A DNA stretch of 64,000 nucleotides. It comes from an uncultured Candidatus Rokubacteria bacterium. GTDB taxonomy: Bacteria; Methylomirabilota; Methylomirabilia; Rokubacteriales; CSP1-6. The stretch is from assembly GCA_963758635.1 (NCBI GenBank), contig CAVWWD010000009.1:101448-165447 (forward strand). Reading direction: 5' to 3'. A program made the translations under genes and the position numbers. Of this stretch, positions 10,211 through 20,276 are shown piece after piece. The notes under the pieces were generated by a model that ran no database searches, was not told the origin of the DNA, and saw nothing but the letters and a program-made list of their open reading frames with translations. Numbering within the stretch: the stretch's first letter is position 1; each line of letters opens with the position of its first letter.

Positions 10211-10287
10211 CCGCCGGCGCGAGCGCTGCCGGGGCCCGCGCCGCGCGGCGGGAGCCGTCTGCGGCGCGTACGCAGGAGGATCGACGC

Positions 10288-10884
10288 ATGGCTCGTCGTG
10301 ATCGGAGCCGTTCGGCCCTGGCGCTCGTGCTCGCGTGCATCGTCCTCTCCACCGCCCTCGGGGCGGCGGCGCAGCCCGCGGGGGACTCGTGGCGCCCGAG
10401 CCCGGACCTCCTGCCCCGGCTCGCGGAGGCCGATCAGGTCGGGGCGTACCAGCTCCGTCCGCCCATCGGATACGCGCCGCAGGAGAGCGAGGGGCCCTCG
10501 GGAAGCCGGTCGCGGGCATGGGTCGGCGCGAAACGAACGGACGGGACGCGCCCCTACGTGATGGTGACGATCGCCGTGCCGCCGGCCGAGGCCGCAGCGC
10601 CCACGCTCGAGGAGCTCCTCGGGCGGATGCTGACGCCGATCCGCCAGCGTCGCCGGGCCTGGACGGAGAGCCGGCCGGAGACGGGGACGCTGGGCGGGAT
10701 CGCGTTCGCGCGCGCCTACTGGCAGGGCACGGACGTGAAGACGCGGCTCCGGATGCACGGCTTCAACTACGTGGCGCTGGACGGCCCGACCATCATCAAC
10801 ATCTCGAGCCAGGACGTGGCGCCCCACATCCGCGAGGCGCTCGCGCTGGCCGAGGCGGCCGTGCTCACGTTCGGCCGCCGATGA
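10288..10884 (+). CDS. Exported hypothetical protein
   Basis: RBS AGGAGG, N-terminal signal peptide (MARRDRSRSALALVLACIVLSTALGAAA), GC3-rich codons. Confidence 0.65.
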   Translation: MARRDRSRSALALVLACIVLSTALGAAAQPAGDSWRPSPDLLPRLAEADQVGAYQLRPPIGYAPQESEGPSGSRSRAWVGAKRTDGTRPYVMVTIAVPPAEAAAPTLEELLGRMLTPIRQRRRAWTESRPETGTLGGIAFARAYWQGTDVKTRLRMHGFNYVALDGPTIINISSQDVAPHIREALALAEAAVLTFGRR

Positions 10885-10965
10885 GCGTCCCGCCGGCCGC
10901 GCCGCATCGCGTATGATTGAGGGGCGTTTCAGCCCCCGCATCCCGACCCAAGGAGGAACTCGAGC

Positions 10966-12679
10966 ATGCCGTACGACCTGGTGATCAAGAACGGCACGGT
11001 GATCGATGGCTCCGGCCTGCCCGGCTACCGCGCCGACGTCGCCGTGACGCAGGGACGCATCGCCGCGATCGGCCGCATCCGTGAGAGCGCCCGCGAGGTG
11101 GTCGACGCCGAGGGCCACGTGGTCGCCCCCGGCTTCGTGGACGGTCACACTCACATGGACGCCCAGGTGTTCTGGGATCCGCTCGGGACGTCCTCCTGCT
11201 GGCACGGCATCACCAGCGTCGTCATGGGCAACTGCGGCTTCACGCTCGCCCCGTGCGCCGCGAAGGACAAGGCCATGGTGGTGCGCAACCTCCAGCGCGC
11301 CGAGGACATCCCGCCCCAGGCGATGGAGGCGGGCATCGACTGGCGCTGGACGACCTTCCCCGAGTTCCTGGACACCCTCGCGTCGCTCCCCAAGGGCATC
11401 AACTACTCCGGCTACATCGGGCACGCCGCGATCCGCACGTTCGTGATGGGCGAGCGCGCGTTCGACCAGCGCGCCACCGAGGACGACCTGGCCGCCATGG
11501 AGCGCATCCTGCGCGAGGCCATCCGCGCCGGCGCCATGGGCTTCACGACCTCCCGGTCGCCCGCGCACGAGACGCCGGACGCGCGGCCGGTGGCGAGCCG
11601 CGCCGCGAGCTGGGACGAGGTGCGGCGGCTCGTCGGCGTGATGGGCGAGGAGGGAGCCGGCATCTTCGAGCTGGCCGGCGAGGGCGTGGACCGCGCCCCG
11701 GGCGATCCCGGCCTGCGCGACTACCACGAGCGCCTGCGCGACCTCGCGGTGGAGACGGGACGCCCGATCACCTTCGGCGTCTTCAGCCGGCGCGACGCGC
11801 CGGACGTGTGGCGGAAGTACCTCGCGCTCCTCGACGAGACCGCCGCGCGGGGCGGCCGCATGTTCGCCCAGGTGCACAGCCGCTCGCTGTCCGCGCTGCT
11901 CTCCTTCAAGACCCAGATGCCGTTCGACCGGCTGCCCCTGTGGAAGGAGATCCGCGCGCTCCCGCTCGCCGAGCAGCAGCGGAAGCTCCGCGACCCCGAC
12001 CTCCGGCGCCGCCTCGTCGAGGCGTCGGGCGGCGCGCTCGGACCGGCGCGCCCTGGGCACCGAGGCGAAGGACGCCGACTACGACCGCCTGCTCGTGTTC
12101 GACACCGTGATGGGACCGCACCGCACCGTGGCCGAGGTGGCCCGCGACCGGGGTCAGCACCCGGCGGAGACGATGATCGACCTCGCGGTGGCCAAGGACA
12201 TGGACTGCTTCTTCCTCCAGCCCGTGGCCAACGAGAACCAGGACTACGCGCTCGAGATCATGCGGCACCCGCGGACGGTCACCACGTTCTCGGACTCCGG
12301 CGCGCACGTCTCCCAGCTCATGGACTCCTCGCTCCAGACCCACGTGCTCGCGCACTGGGTGCGGGAGAAGCAGGCGTTCACGCTCGAGGAGGCCGTGCGC
12401 ATGCTGAGCTTCGTGCCCGCCACGTACTGGGGCTTCGCCGACCGTGGCCTGGTGCGCGAGGGCATGGCCGCGGACATCGTGGTGTTCGATCCCGACACGA
12501 TCGCGCCGGAGATGCCCGAGGTGGTGGACGACCTGCCCGCGGGCGCGCGGCGCCTCATCCAGAAGACGCGCGGCGTGGCCGCGACGGTGGTGAACGGCGA
12601 GGTGCTCCTGCGCGACGGCAAGCACACCGGCGCGCTGCCCGGCCGGCTCCTGCGCGGCCCGAAGGCGCGGACGGCCTGA
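10966..12679 (+). CDS. N-acyl-D-amino-acid deacylase family amidohydrolase (frameshift ~12040)
   Basis: PGFVDGHTHMD, GNCG in the first frame; SDSGAH, EGMAADIVVFD in the second frame. Confidence 0.88.
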
Positions 12680-12748
12680 GGCGGCCGTCGTCGCAACGGC
12701 GGCGGTGAGTCGGACGGAGCGCAGCGCATCCGCACGGAGGAGGACGGC

Positions 12749-13981
12749 ATGAGCGGACGACCGGAGGACGTGGGGCTCAGCAGCGAGCGGCTGGCGCGGA
12801 TCGACCGGCATCTCCAGGAGCGGTACATCGAGCCGGGGAAGATCGCGGGGGCGGTGACGCTGGTGGCGCGGCACGGGCAGGTCGCGCATCTCTCCGCGCT
12901 GGGCAACCGGGACCGCGAGCGCAAGCACGCGATGACCGACGACACGATCTTCCGCTTCTACTCGATGACGAAGCCGATCACCTCCGTCGCCCTCATGATG
13001 CTGGTCGAGGAGGCGCGCTGCGCGCTGTCCGACCCCGTGCACCGCTACATCCCCTCGTGGGAGGGGCTCCGCGTCTTCCGCTACGGCGTCTGGCCCACGT
13101 TCGTGACCGATCCGCCGCAGCGGCCCATGACCATCCGCGACCTCCTCACCCACACCTCGGGACTCACGTACGGTTTCCATCTCCGCGACGGCGTGGACGC
13201 CGCGTACCGGCAGCTCGGCATCAGCGGCGCCGCGCCGGGCGACCCCAAGCCGGCCACGCTGCAGGAGATGGTCGACAGGCTCGCCCGCGTGCCTCTCCTG
13301 TTCTCGCCCGGCACGCGCTGGAACTACTCGGTGGCCACCGATGTCTGCGGCTACCTCGTGGAGCAGATCTCGGGGCAGCCGTTCGACGCGTTCCTCCGCG
13401 GGCGCATCTTCGAGCCGCTCGGGATGCGCGACACCGCGTTCTCCGTGTCGGAGGGCGCGGGCGAGCGCTTCGCCGCCAACTACTCGCGCGCCGCCGACGG
13501 CACGCTCGCCCTGGGCGACGACCCCGTGACGAGCCCCTACCGCACGCCCCCCACGTTCCTGAGCGGGGGCGGTGGCCTCGTCTCCACCGCGGAGGACTAT
13601 CGCCGCTTCTGCCAGATGATGCTGAACGGCGGCGAGTACGCGGGGGCCCGGCTCATCAGCCGGAAGACCGTGGAGCTGATGACCGAGAACCACCTGCCCG
13701 CCGGCAGCGACCTGGCCGCGCTCGCCACCGGCACCTTCAGCGAGAGCACGTACGACGGCGTGGGCTTCGGCCTGGGCTTCGCGGTGTGCGTGGATCCCGC
13801 CAAGCGCGGGCTCCACGGCTCGCGTGGCGAGTACTACTGGGGCGGGGCGGCGAGCACCGCGTTCTGGATCGATCCCGTCGAGGACCTGCTCGTGATCTTC
13901 CTCACCCAGCTCATGCCGTCCAGCACCTACGACTTCCGCGGGCAGCTCCGCAGCCTGGTCTACGCGGCGATCACCGACTGA
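12749..13981 (+). CDS. Serine hydrolase, beta-lactamase/esterase family
   Basis: SMTK (SxxK), LLTHTSG, WNYS, WGGAAST. Confidence 0.9.
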   Translation: MSGRPEDVGLSSERLARIDRHLQERYIEPGKIAGAVTLVARHGQVAHLSALGNRDRERKHAMTDDTIFRFYSMTKPITSVALMMLVEEARCALSDPVHRYIPSWEGLRVFRYGVWPTFVTDPPQRPMTIRDLLTHTSGLTYGFHLRDGVDAAYRQLGISGAAPGDPKPATLQEMVDRLARVPLLFSPGTRWNYSVATDVCGYLVEQISGQPFDAFLRGRIFEPLGMRDTAFSVSEGAGERFAANYSRAADGTLALGDDPVTSPYRTPPTFLSGGGGLVSTAEDYRRFCQMMLNGGEYAGARLISRKTVELMTENHLPAGSDLAALATGTFSESTYDGVGFGLGFAVCVDPAKRGLHGSRGEYYWGGAASTAFWIDPVEDLLVIFLTQLMPSSTYDFRGQLRSLVYAAITD

Positions 13982-14085
13982 CCGGCCGCACCGCCCGGCC
14001 CGCGCCGCTGCTTTGACTTGATCACCGGCTCTGACAGGATGGCCGCCGAGATGCCACGGCTGACCCGCCCTGGGACTGGTGCGCC

Positions 14086-15765
14086 ATGAGTGTGCCGGGC
14101 GGCCCCCCAGGATCTCGCCCGCCGGCCGTCGCGGGCGCCGTCGTCAGCGCCGGTCTCGGCGGCATCGCCGCGAACCATCCCATCCGTGCCGAGCAGCGCG
14201 TCTTCGTGGGCCCCGCGACGGCGGCCGAGTCGAACACGATCAGGGTGGCGATCTTCCCCGTCGCCTGCTGGCGCGCCGAGGACCTGAACTTCTCCTTCGA
14301 TAGCTCCTTCGTCGAGGCAACCCTCGCCAAGGAGACGAAGCGGCTCAAACGGCTGATCGACCTGCACCCCGGCAGCCCGCTGAGCGTCTTCGGGCACGCC
14401 GACCCGGTGGGGCGCGACGACTACAACAAGGCGTTGTCGGGACGCCGCGCGCAGGCGATCTACGCGATGTTGATCCGCAAGCCCGAGCTCTGGGAAGAGC
14501 TGTTCCAGCAGGGTGACTGGAAGCCGAAGCATCTCCAGGCCATGCTCGGCTCCCTGGGCTTCGACCCCGGCCGCACCGACGGGCAGATGGACGAGCGCGC
14601 CCGCGAGGCCGTCCGGGCCTTTCAGCGGTCCAAAGGCCTGGGCCCCGATGGCCAGACGAGCTCGGCGACACGCAAGGCGCTGTACCTCGCGTACATGGAC
14701 CTGGTCTGCCGCGATCGCAAGGACGTGCCATACCGGCTCAAGCCCGACCAGTTCCTGGCGCGCGGCGCCGACCGCCTTGGCAAAGGCGACTACCAGGGGT
14801 GCGGCGAGCTCAACCCGGTGCGGATCTTCTCCAAGGCGGAGCAGGCGGCCTTCGACGCCGATCCCGACAAGACGGACCGTAACCGCGAGAACGAGCCGAA
14901 CCGCCGCGTGGTCGTGCTGCTCTTCCGCAAGGGCGCGAAGGTGACCCCCCAGCTCTGGCCGTGCCCGCGGGCGACGGAAGGCCTGGCCGGCTGCCAGAAG
15001 CGGCTCTGGTCGGATCATCAGAAGCGACGGGCCAACACCGACAGCCGGCGCGAGTTCGGCATCGATCGCGACGTGTTCGCGTGCCGTTTCTACGATCGCC
15101 TGAGCAACGGCGACGGCCGGCCGTCGCCGTGCGAGCGGATCCTCGAGTCGTTCAAGATCCGGCTATTCGACCTCCTCGCACGGCCGCTCCCCGCCGCGCC
15201 CTTCGAGGTCGTGCGCGGGGACATCGACGCTGACACGGAGCCGTCGACCGATCCGGACACGGCCGACGGCAACGGCGACATCACGCTGCGGGACCTCAAG
15301 GTGCCGACCGTCGTGACCGTCCGCTGGAGCCGGCCCCAGGCTCCCGCCGGCGGACAGGCGGCCGGCGAGCCTCCGCCCAAACCGCCGAAGTTCGAGTTCG
15401 AGATGGACGTGTTCGTCAACATCGACGCCGAGGGGCAGGTGGTCTCCGGAGCCTCGGGACCGATTCCCGAGGGCGACGAGCAGGACCCGAAGAAGCGAGA
15501 GGCCGCCGCGCAGCGCCTCTCCAACCTGGGCTTCACGATGGGCGAGACGCTGGCGGACAACGTCCGCTTCTTCCAGCGCGAGCTGGGCCTCGCGGAGACG
15601 GGCAAGGTCCGCGACATCGACCAGGAGCTGAAGGACCGGCACGCCGCCCTCGATCCGCCGTCGCGATACAAGGTGGGGTCGCAGGGGATCAAGGACGAGC
15701 CGAACGGCCCGCCGTTGATGCGCTCCGACGACGGCACGGACGACGACGAGGAGGGGAATCCGTGA
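14086..15765 (+). CDS. OmpA-like domain protein with peptidoglycan-binding domains
   Basis: FSFDSSF, FGHADPVG..YNKALSGRRAQA, NRRVVV (OmpA-C); LGFDPGRTDG...REAVRAFQ...GLGPDG and QRLSNLGF...RFFQ (PG_binding_1-like). Confidence 0.8.
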   Translation: MSVPGGPPGSRPPAVAGAVVSAGLGGIAANHPIRAEQRVFVGPATAAESNTIRVAIFPVACWRAEDLNFSFDSSFVEATLAKETKRLKRLIDLHPGSPLSVFGHADPVGRDDYNKALSGRRAQAIYAMLIRKPELWEELFQQGDWKPKHLQAMLGSLGFDPGRTDGQMDERAREAVRAFQRSKGLGPDGQTSSATRKALYLAYMDLVCRDRKDVPYRLKPDQFLARGADRLGKGDYQGCGELNPVRIFSKAEQAAFDADPDKTDRNRENEPNRRVVVLLFRKGAKVTPQLWPCPRATEGLAGCQKRLWSDHQKRRANTDSRREFGIDRDVFACRFYDRLSNGDGRPSPCERILESFKIRLFDLLARPLPAAPFEVVRGDIDADTEPSTDPDTADGNGDITLRDLKVPTVVTVRWSRPQAPAGGQAAGEPPPKPPKFEFEMDVFVNIDAEGQVVSGASGPIPEGDEQDPKKREAAAQRLSNLGFTMGETLADNVRFFQRELGLAETGKVRDIDQELKDRHAALDPPSRYKVGSQGIKDEPNGPPLMRSDDGTDDDEEGNP

Positions 15766-15862
15766 CGAGAGGGCACCGTGTGTGGACGCAGCATCGCCAC
15801 GACGGCCCGCACGGTGAGTCAGGGTCTGCATTGCGTCACAACCTCGACCAGGACGCCTGACG

Positions 15863-17197
15863 ATGGGCGGACCCGGGGACACGCAGCCGGCGCGCGCCAC
15901 CATGGTGGACGAGCCGCTCGACTCCACCACCGCGATGATCTACAGCCCGAAGGCTCCGCTCGCGTCGGCCGCCGCCGACGTCCGCGAGGACAGCCGAGCG
16001 GTGTGGGCTCACCTCTCCACCGGCTTCGACGTCGACAAGCCGTCGGTCCTGATGTACTACCACGGGCACAACAACCACGTCCTCATGACGCTCAACGCCC
16101 GCACCCAGGTGGCGGAGACCAAGATCCCGTCCTGGGTCCCCACGCATCGGCGCGGGCAGGCCGGCGTCCGCGCCTCCGGCCCCAAGTACGAGCTCGACAA
16201 GCTGACCGCCGGGACGTTCCATCCGCTCGTCCTCGTGCCCGAGGTCGGCTCCCCGGTGCTGACGTCGGCGGCCCAGCTCGCCGAGAACGCCAGTCAGCGC
16301 GACGCGAACAAGAAGGTCGAGGACGCCAACAAGGTGAAGCCGCCCGGGGTCCCCAAGGACCCCATCCCCTTCCCCAAGGTCCCCTCGGCCACCGCCGATT
16401 CGTTCTGGGGCACGGAAGGCGCCTCCGCGCCCAAGCTGGGGACGGCCACCGGCATCGAGGATCTGGTCGACAACTGCGCCGCGCGCCTCCGGGTGCTCCC
16501 GGTCATCAACAAGACGTCGGTCAACTACCTCACGAAGGACGTGACCCACACCAAGATCACGCGACTGTTCATCGGGGGGCACTCGGGCGGCGGCGTTCCC
16601 CTTTCCTCATCGGCCAAATCGAACCTTCCCCAGACGATACCGACCGACCTGGTCCTGCTCGACTGCAACTACGACCAGGACTTCTCGGGCTACACGGCGT
16701 ACCTGCGGGCGAAGGCCGGCGCGTCGAAGCTCGGCACCGCCACCGGCCAGAGCCGATTCATCTGCATCAACTTCACCGATTCCGGCACCAAGGGAAACGC
16801 GAAGAAGCTCTTCGACACGGTGAAGGCCGACGCCACGCTGGCCAAGGCGGTCGCCGGCAGCTCCGCCCCCGTGGTCGTCAACATCGCGGACACGAAGCCG
16901 CTCGGCAACGACACCGCCACGAACATCAACCGCGCCACCTCCCCGAGCTCGGCGTGGCCGACCGCGGACATCGCCTTCTTCACCCACGCCGGGCCCACGT
17001 TCCCGACCGGGACCAAGACCAACCCGGTGGTATCCCCTGCGCAAATCGCGACGTGGCGCACGCAGGCGACCACGAACCTGGCGCCCTTCGAGGAGATGAT
17101 CAAGAAATACGCCATCGTCTTCATCCTCACCAGCACCGTCCCGCACGACGAGGTGCCGACGATCTTCTTCCCGCTCGTCGTGAAGACGGCCCTGTGA
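15863..17197 (+). CDS. Hypothetical alpha/beta-hydrolase-fold protein
   Basis: VLMYYHGHN, GGHSGGG nucleophile elbow, LVLLDCNY, C-terminal PHDEVP (candidate catalytic His). Confidence 0.65.
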   Translation: MGGPGDTQPARATMVDEPLDSTTAMIYSPKAPLASAAADVREDSRAVWAHLSTGFDVDKPSVLMYYHGHNNHVLMTLNARTQVAETKIPSWVPTHRRGQAGVRASGPKYELDKLTAGTFHPLVLVPEVGSPVLTSAAQLAENASQRDANKKVEDANKVKPPGVPKDPIPFPKVPSATADSFWGTEGASAPKLGTATGIEDLVDNCAARLRVLPVINKTSVNYLTKDVTHTKITRLFIGGHSGGGVPLSSSAKSNLPQTIPTDLVLLDCNYDQDFSGYTAYLRAKAGASKLGTATGQSRFICINFTDSGTKGNAKKLFDTVKADATLAKAVAGSSAPVVVNIADTKPLGNDTATNINRATSPSSAWPTADIAFFTHAGPTFPTGTKTNPVVSPAQIATWRTQATTNLAPFEEMIKKYAIVFILTSTVPHDEVPTIFFPLVVKTAL

Positions 17198-17216
17198 GCG
17201 CCGGGCGGAGGGCCCG

Positions 17217-17880
17217 ATGAGCAGCTACCACGTCGTCCAGCAGGGAGAGCACCTGTCGGGGATCGCGAAGCACTACGGCTTCTCCGACTACCGGACGATC
17301 TGGAACCACGGCGAGAACGCCGCCCTGAAGGCGAAGCGCCAGAACCCGAACGTCATCTTCCCGGACGATCGGCTCTTCATTCCCGACCGGGAGGAGCGCG
17401 AGGAGCCGCGCCCCACCGACGCCCGCCACCGCTTCCAGGTGAAGAGGCCGCCGCTCAAGCTGCGCCTGGTCCTCGAGGACCTCTACGAGCGTCCGATCAG
17501 CCAACGCGAAATGCGACCTGCGCGTGGAAGGCGAGACGAGGGCCATCACGACGGACGGCCGCGGCCGGCTCGAGCAGGACATCCCCCCCGAGGCGCGGCA
17601 GGCCTCCCTGATCGTGCACGATCCGGAGACGCCCGCCGACGAGATCCCGATCGCGATCGACATCGGCCACCTGGATCCGGTGGAGGAGGTGTCGGGGCAG
17701 GCCGCGCGCCTGAACAACCTCGGCTATTTCGCCGGTCCCTTCGAGGGAACGAGCGACGAGGACAACCAGAACCTCTTCCGTTCCGCCGTCGAGGAGTTCC
17801 AGTGCGACCACTCCCTGACCGTGGACGGCAAGTGCGGCCCGGCCACGCAGGCGAGGCTCAAGCAGGTGCACGGCTGCTAA
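17217..17880 (+). CDS. LysM + peptidoglycan-binding domain protein (frameshift ~17498)
   Basis: YHVVQQGEHLSGIAKHYG...NPNVIFPDDRLFIP (LysM); ARLNNLGY...AVEEFQCDHSLTVDGKCGPAT (PG_binding_1). Removing one base joins the two ORFs. Confidence 0.85.
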
Positions 17881-17935
17881 TGCTGGTCCGCGGGGCGCGA
17901 TAGGTCCCGCCCGCGCGGCTCGCGCCGCACCTCGT

Positions 17936-18967
17936 TCAGTCGAACACGATCGTCCAGCCCGGCGCCTGCGCCTGCGCCTTCGTGTAGGCGACGCCGTCCA
18001 CCTTGAGGCCCTGCTCGTTGAGGAGCGTGATGATGCCGCCCTGGTTCGACAGCTCCATGGGCTTGGCGACCCTGACCCGGAGCGTCTCGCCCGGCGCGAT
18101 CACGCCGGACAGCGCGTGGCGCTTCTTGTTCTTGTCGGCGAGCGCCCATCCGGCGAGATCGAGCGGTGTCGGCGACGGGTTGAGCAGCGTCACCGTCTCC
18201 ACCTCCGGCGAGCGGATGTCGTTGACGAGGGCCGCGACGATCCGCGCCCGCCAGTCGGGGTTCTCGGGCAGCGGCACCACGGGCGGCTCGCCCGGCTCGA
18301 TCGGCACCGGCACCGTGATCGGATGGCCGGTGCGGTCATCCGTGTGGATCGACTGCGACTGGAACTTCAGGAACACCGCGACCCATTGCTGCTGACCGGG
18401 GAAGTGCAGTATGGCCCCGCCGTCCTGCCACACGCCGTTGTCTCCGGCGAAGCTGCCCCCGAGCGGGTTGCCTTGGTTCATGTGGATGTCGTGAACGCCC
18501 TGGTTCGGCTTGAAGCCGAAGATCTTGTCCTTCAGGTTCTCGGGCCCCCAGCGCTCGCCGAACGCGTAGAAGACCGCGGCCTCGTCGGCGAGGGCCCGCT
18601 GCACGTAGTGGTTGATCCGCTCGTTGAGGTCGTTGTCCTCGCCGGGCGCGTCCATGGGCAGGGGGCGCATGTCGCGCCAGTCGAACAGGTTCCCGCGGAT
18701 GAAGTCCAGCCCGCCGCCCTGCGGCGTCCGCTCCAGGTGATGGAACCCCGGGGCGAGCCCGGTGAGCCGATCGAGGACCGGATGCGCGAAGTGATCGACG
18801 ACGAGGAACGCCACCTCGGATGGGGCCGTCTTGGAGCGGACGTTGATGGCGATCCGCCAGTCGAGCTGATCGTCGACGAGGTGCACCTGGTAGTGGGGGT
18901 TGCTCGTCGTCGCGAGCCGGCGGTCGATCGCTCGGCCGACGACCACACCGTAGTTCTTGAGCGCCAT
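17936..18967 (-). CDS. DUF2278 (YukJ) family protein with C-terminal lamin-tail domain
   Basis: MALKNYGV, RIAINVRS, LDFIRGNLF, GVHDIHMNQGN, WQDG; C-terminal VTLLN...LDLAGWAL...LSNQGGIITL. Confidence 0.85.
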   Translation of the reverse strand: MALKNYGVVVGRAIDRRLATTSNPHYQVHLVDDQLDWRIAINVRSKTAPSEVAFLVVDHFAHPVLDRLTGLAPGFHHLERTPQGGGLDFIRGNLFDWRDMRPLPMDAPGEDNDLNERINHYVQRALADEAAVFYAFGERWGPENLKDKIFGFKPNQGVHDIHMNQGNPLGGSFAGDNGVWQDGGAILHFPGQQQWVAVFLKFQSQSIHTDDRTGHPITVPVPIEPGEPPVVPLPENPDWRARIVAALVNDIRSPEVETVTLLNPSPTPLDLAGWALADKNKKRHALSGVIAPGETLRVRVAKPMELSNQGGIITLLNEQGLKVDGVAYTKAQAQAPGWTIVFD

Positions 18968-19210
18968 GTGCCCCTCCTGATGCCCGACGGGCTCGGGTGA
19001 GGTGTCGGCCCGCCGACCTGGTCGCGCGCCACGCCGCGCCGGGGCCGGGGCGAGTCGGCCCGCGGCTCCGTCCTCGACAGCATAGCTCGCGTGACGATCG
19101 TGCGGGGCGGCTCGGCGCGGCGCGCGTCCCGCGATCCGCTCGCCGCGTCGGGTCGCGGCTTGACCGTCCCGTCCGGCGTGACGCACTATGCTCTTGTCCC
19201 AACACCGCCG

Positions 19211-20224
19211 ATGACAGACACGTCCGCTCCGCGCGCTGACTCGCCGCCCCGGCTCTGGGCGATCACCAGCTATTTCAACCCGCTTCACTACGGCACGCGC
19301 CTGGCGAACTACCGCACGTTCCAGCGGCATCTCCACGTGCCGCTCTTGACGGTGGAGCAGGGATACGACGGCCGGTTCGACCTGAACGGAGAGGACGCGA
19401 CCACCCTGGTCCAGGTGCCGGCTCGCGACGTGATGTGGCAGAAGGAGCGCCTGCTGAACCTGGCGCTGGAGGCGTTGCCCCGCGAGTGCGAGGTCGTCGT
19501 GTGGCTGGACGCCGACATCCTCTTCGATCGCGACGACTGGCCCGCGCGCGCGGTCGAGGCGCTGGACTCGGCGGTGATGGTCCAGCTGTTCAGCCGGACC
19601 TGCTACCTCCCCCGCGACGTCGATCTCTCGCGGCCCCTGGCCGAGCAGCGCTATCTGCAGCGGCGCTCCACCGCGTCCGGACTGGTCGGCGGCGTGCTGC
19701 AGGAGAACACGCTGTCCACCACGCTCGAGGCCCTCAAGGCTCACGGCATGGCGCTGGACTACGCCAACGGCCACGCGTGGGCGATGCGCCGGGACCTCCT
19801 GCAGCGCGTCGGCTTCTACGAGGCCATGATCGTCGGGGGTGGCGACTACGTGTTCCTGCAGGCCGCGCTCGGGCAGTTCGAGGCGGTCCGCGCGGGCCAC
19901 GGCTGGACGGCGCCGGACTCGCCCCAGCACCGGCACTTCCTCCGCTGGGCGGAGCGCTTCCACGAGGTGGTGCAGGGCCGGATCGGGATGGTGCCGGGCG
20001 ACATCTTCAACCTGTGGCATGGTGAGCTGCTGGACCGGCGGTATCTGCCGCGGCATCAGATCCTGACCGGGCACGGCTTCGACCCGGATCGGGACATCGC
20101 CATCGACGCGCACGGCTCCCTGTGCTGGGCCTCGGACAAGCCGGCCCTGCACCAGGCGGTGCGCGAGTACTTCCGCGGCCGCCAGGAGGACGGCCGCGCG
20201 CAACCGCCGCCGTCCACGAGCTGA
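19211..20224 (+). CDS. Putative GT-A fold glycosyltransferase-like protein
   Basis: MWQKERLLNLAL, VVWLDADILF (DxD), GGGD, NLWHG. Confidence 0.6.
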   Translation: MTDTSAPRADSPPRLWAITSYFNPLHYGTRLANYRTFQRHLHVPLLTVEQGYDGRFDLNGEDATTLVQVPARDVMWQKERLLNLALEALPRECEVVVWLDADILFDRDDWPARAVEALDSAVMVQLFSRTCYLPRDVDLSRPLAEQRYLQRRSTASGLVGGVLQENTLSTTLEALKAHGMALDYANGHAWAMRRDLLQRVGFYEAMIVGGGDYVFLQAALGQFEAVRAGHGWTAPDSPQHRHFLRWAERFHEVVQGRIGMVPGDIFNLWHGELLDRRYLPRHQILTGHGFDPDRDIAIDAHGSLCWASDKPALHQAVREYFRGRQEDGRAQPPPSTS

Positions 20225-20276
20225 TCGACGCGCGTCGCGCGGCCGGCACACACCCGACACACACGAGGAGACGACC

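Noticed and set aside
8394-13981. Antibiotic-resistance calls for the nucleotidyltransferase, the beta-lactamase-family hydrolase and the GNAT (50167)
   Set aside because: Only fold-level motifs; chromosomal metabolic context and no mobile resistance cassette features.
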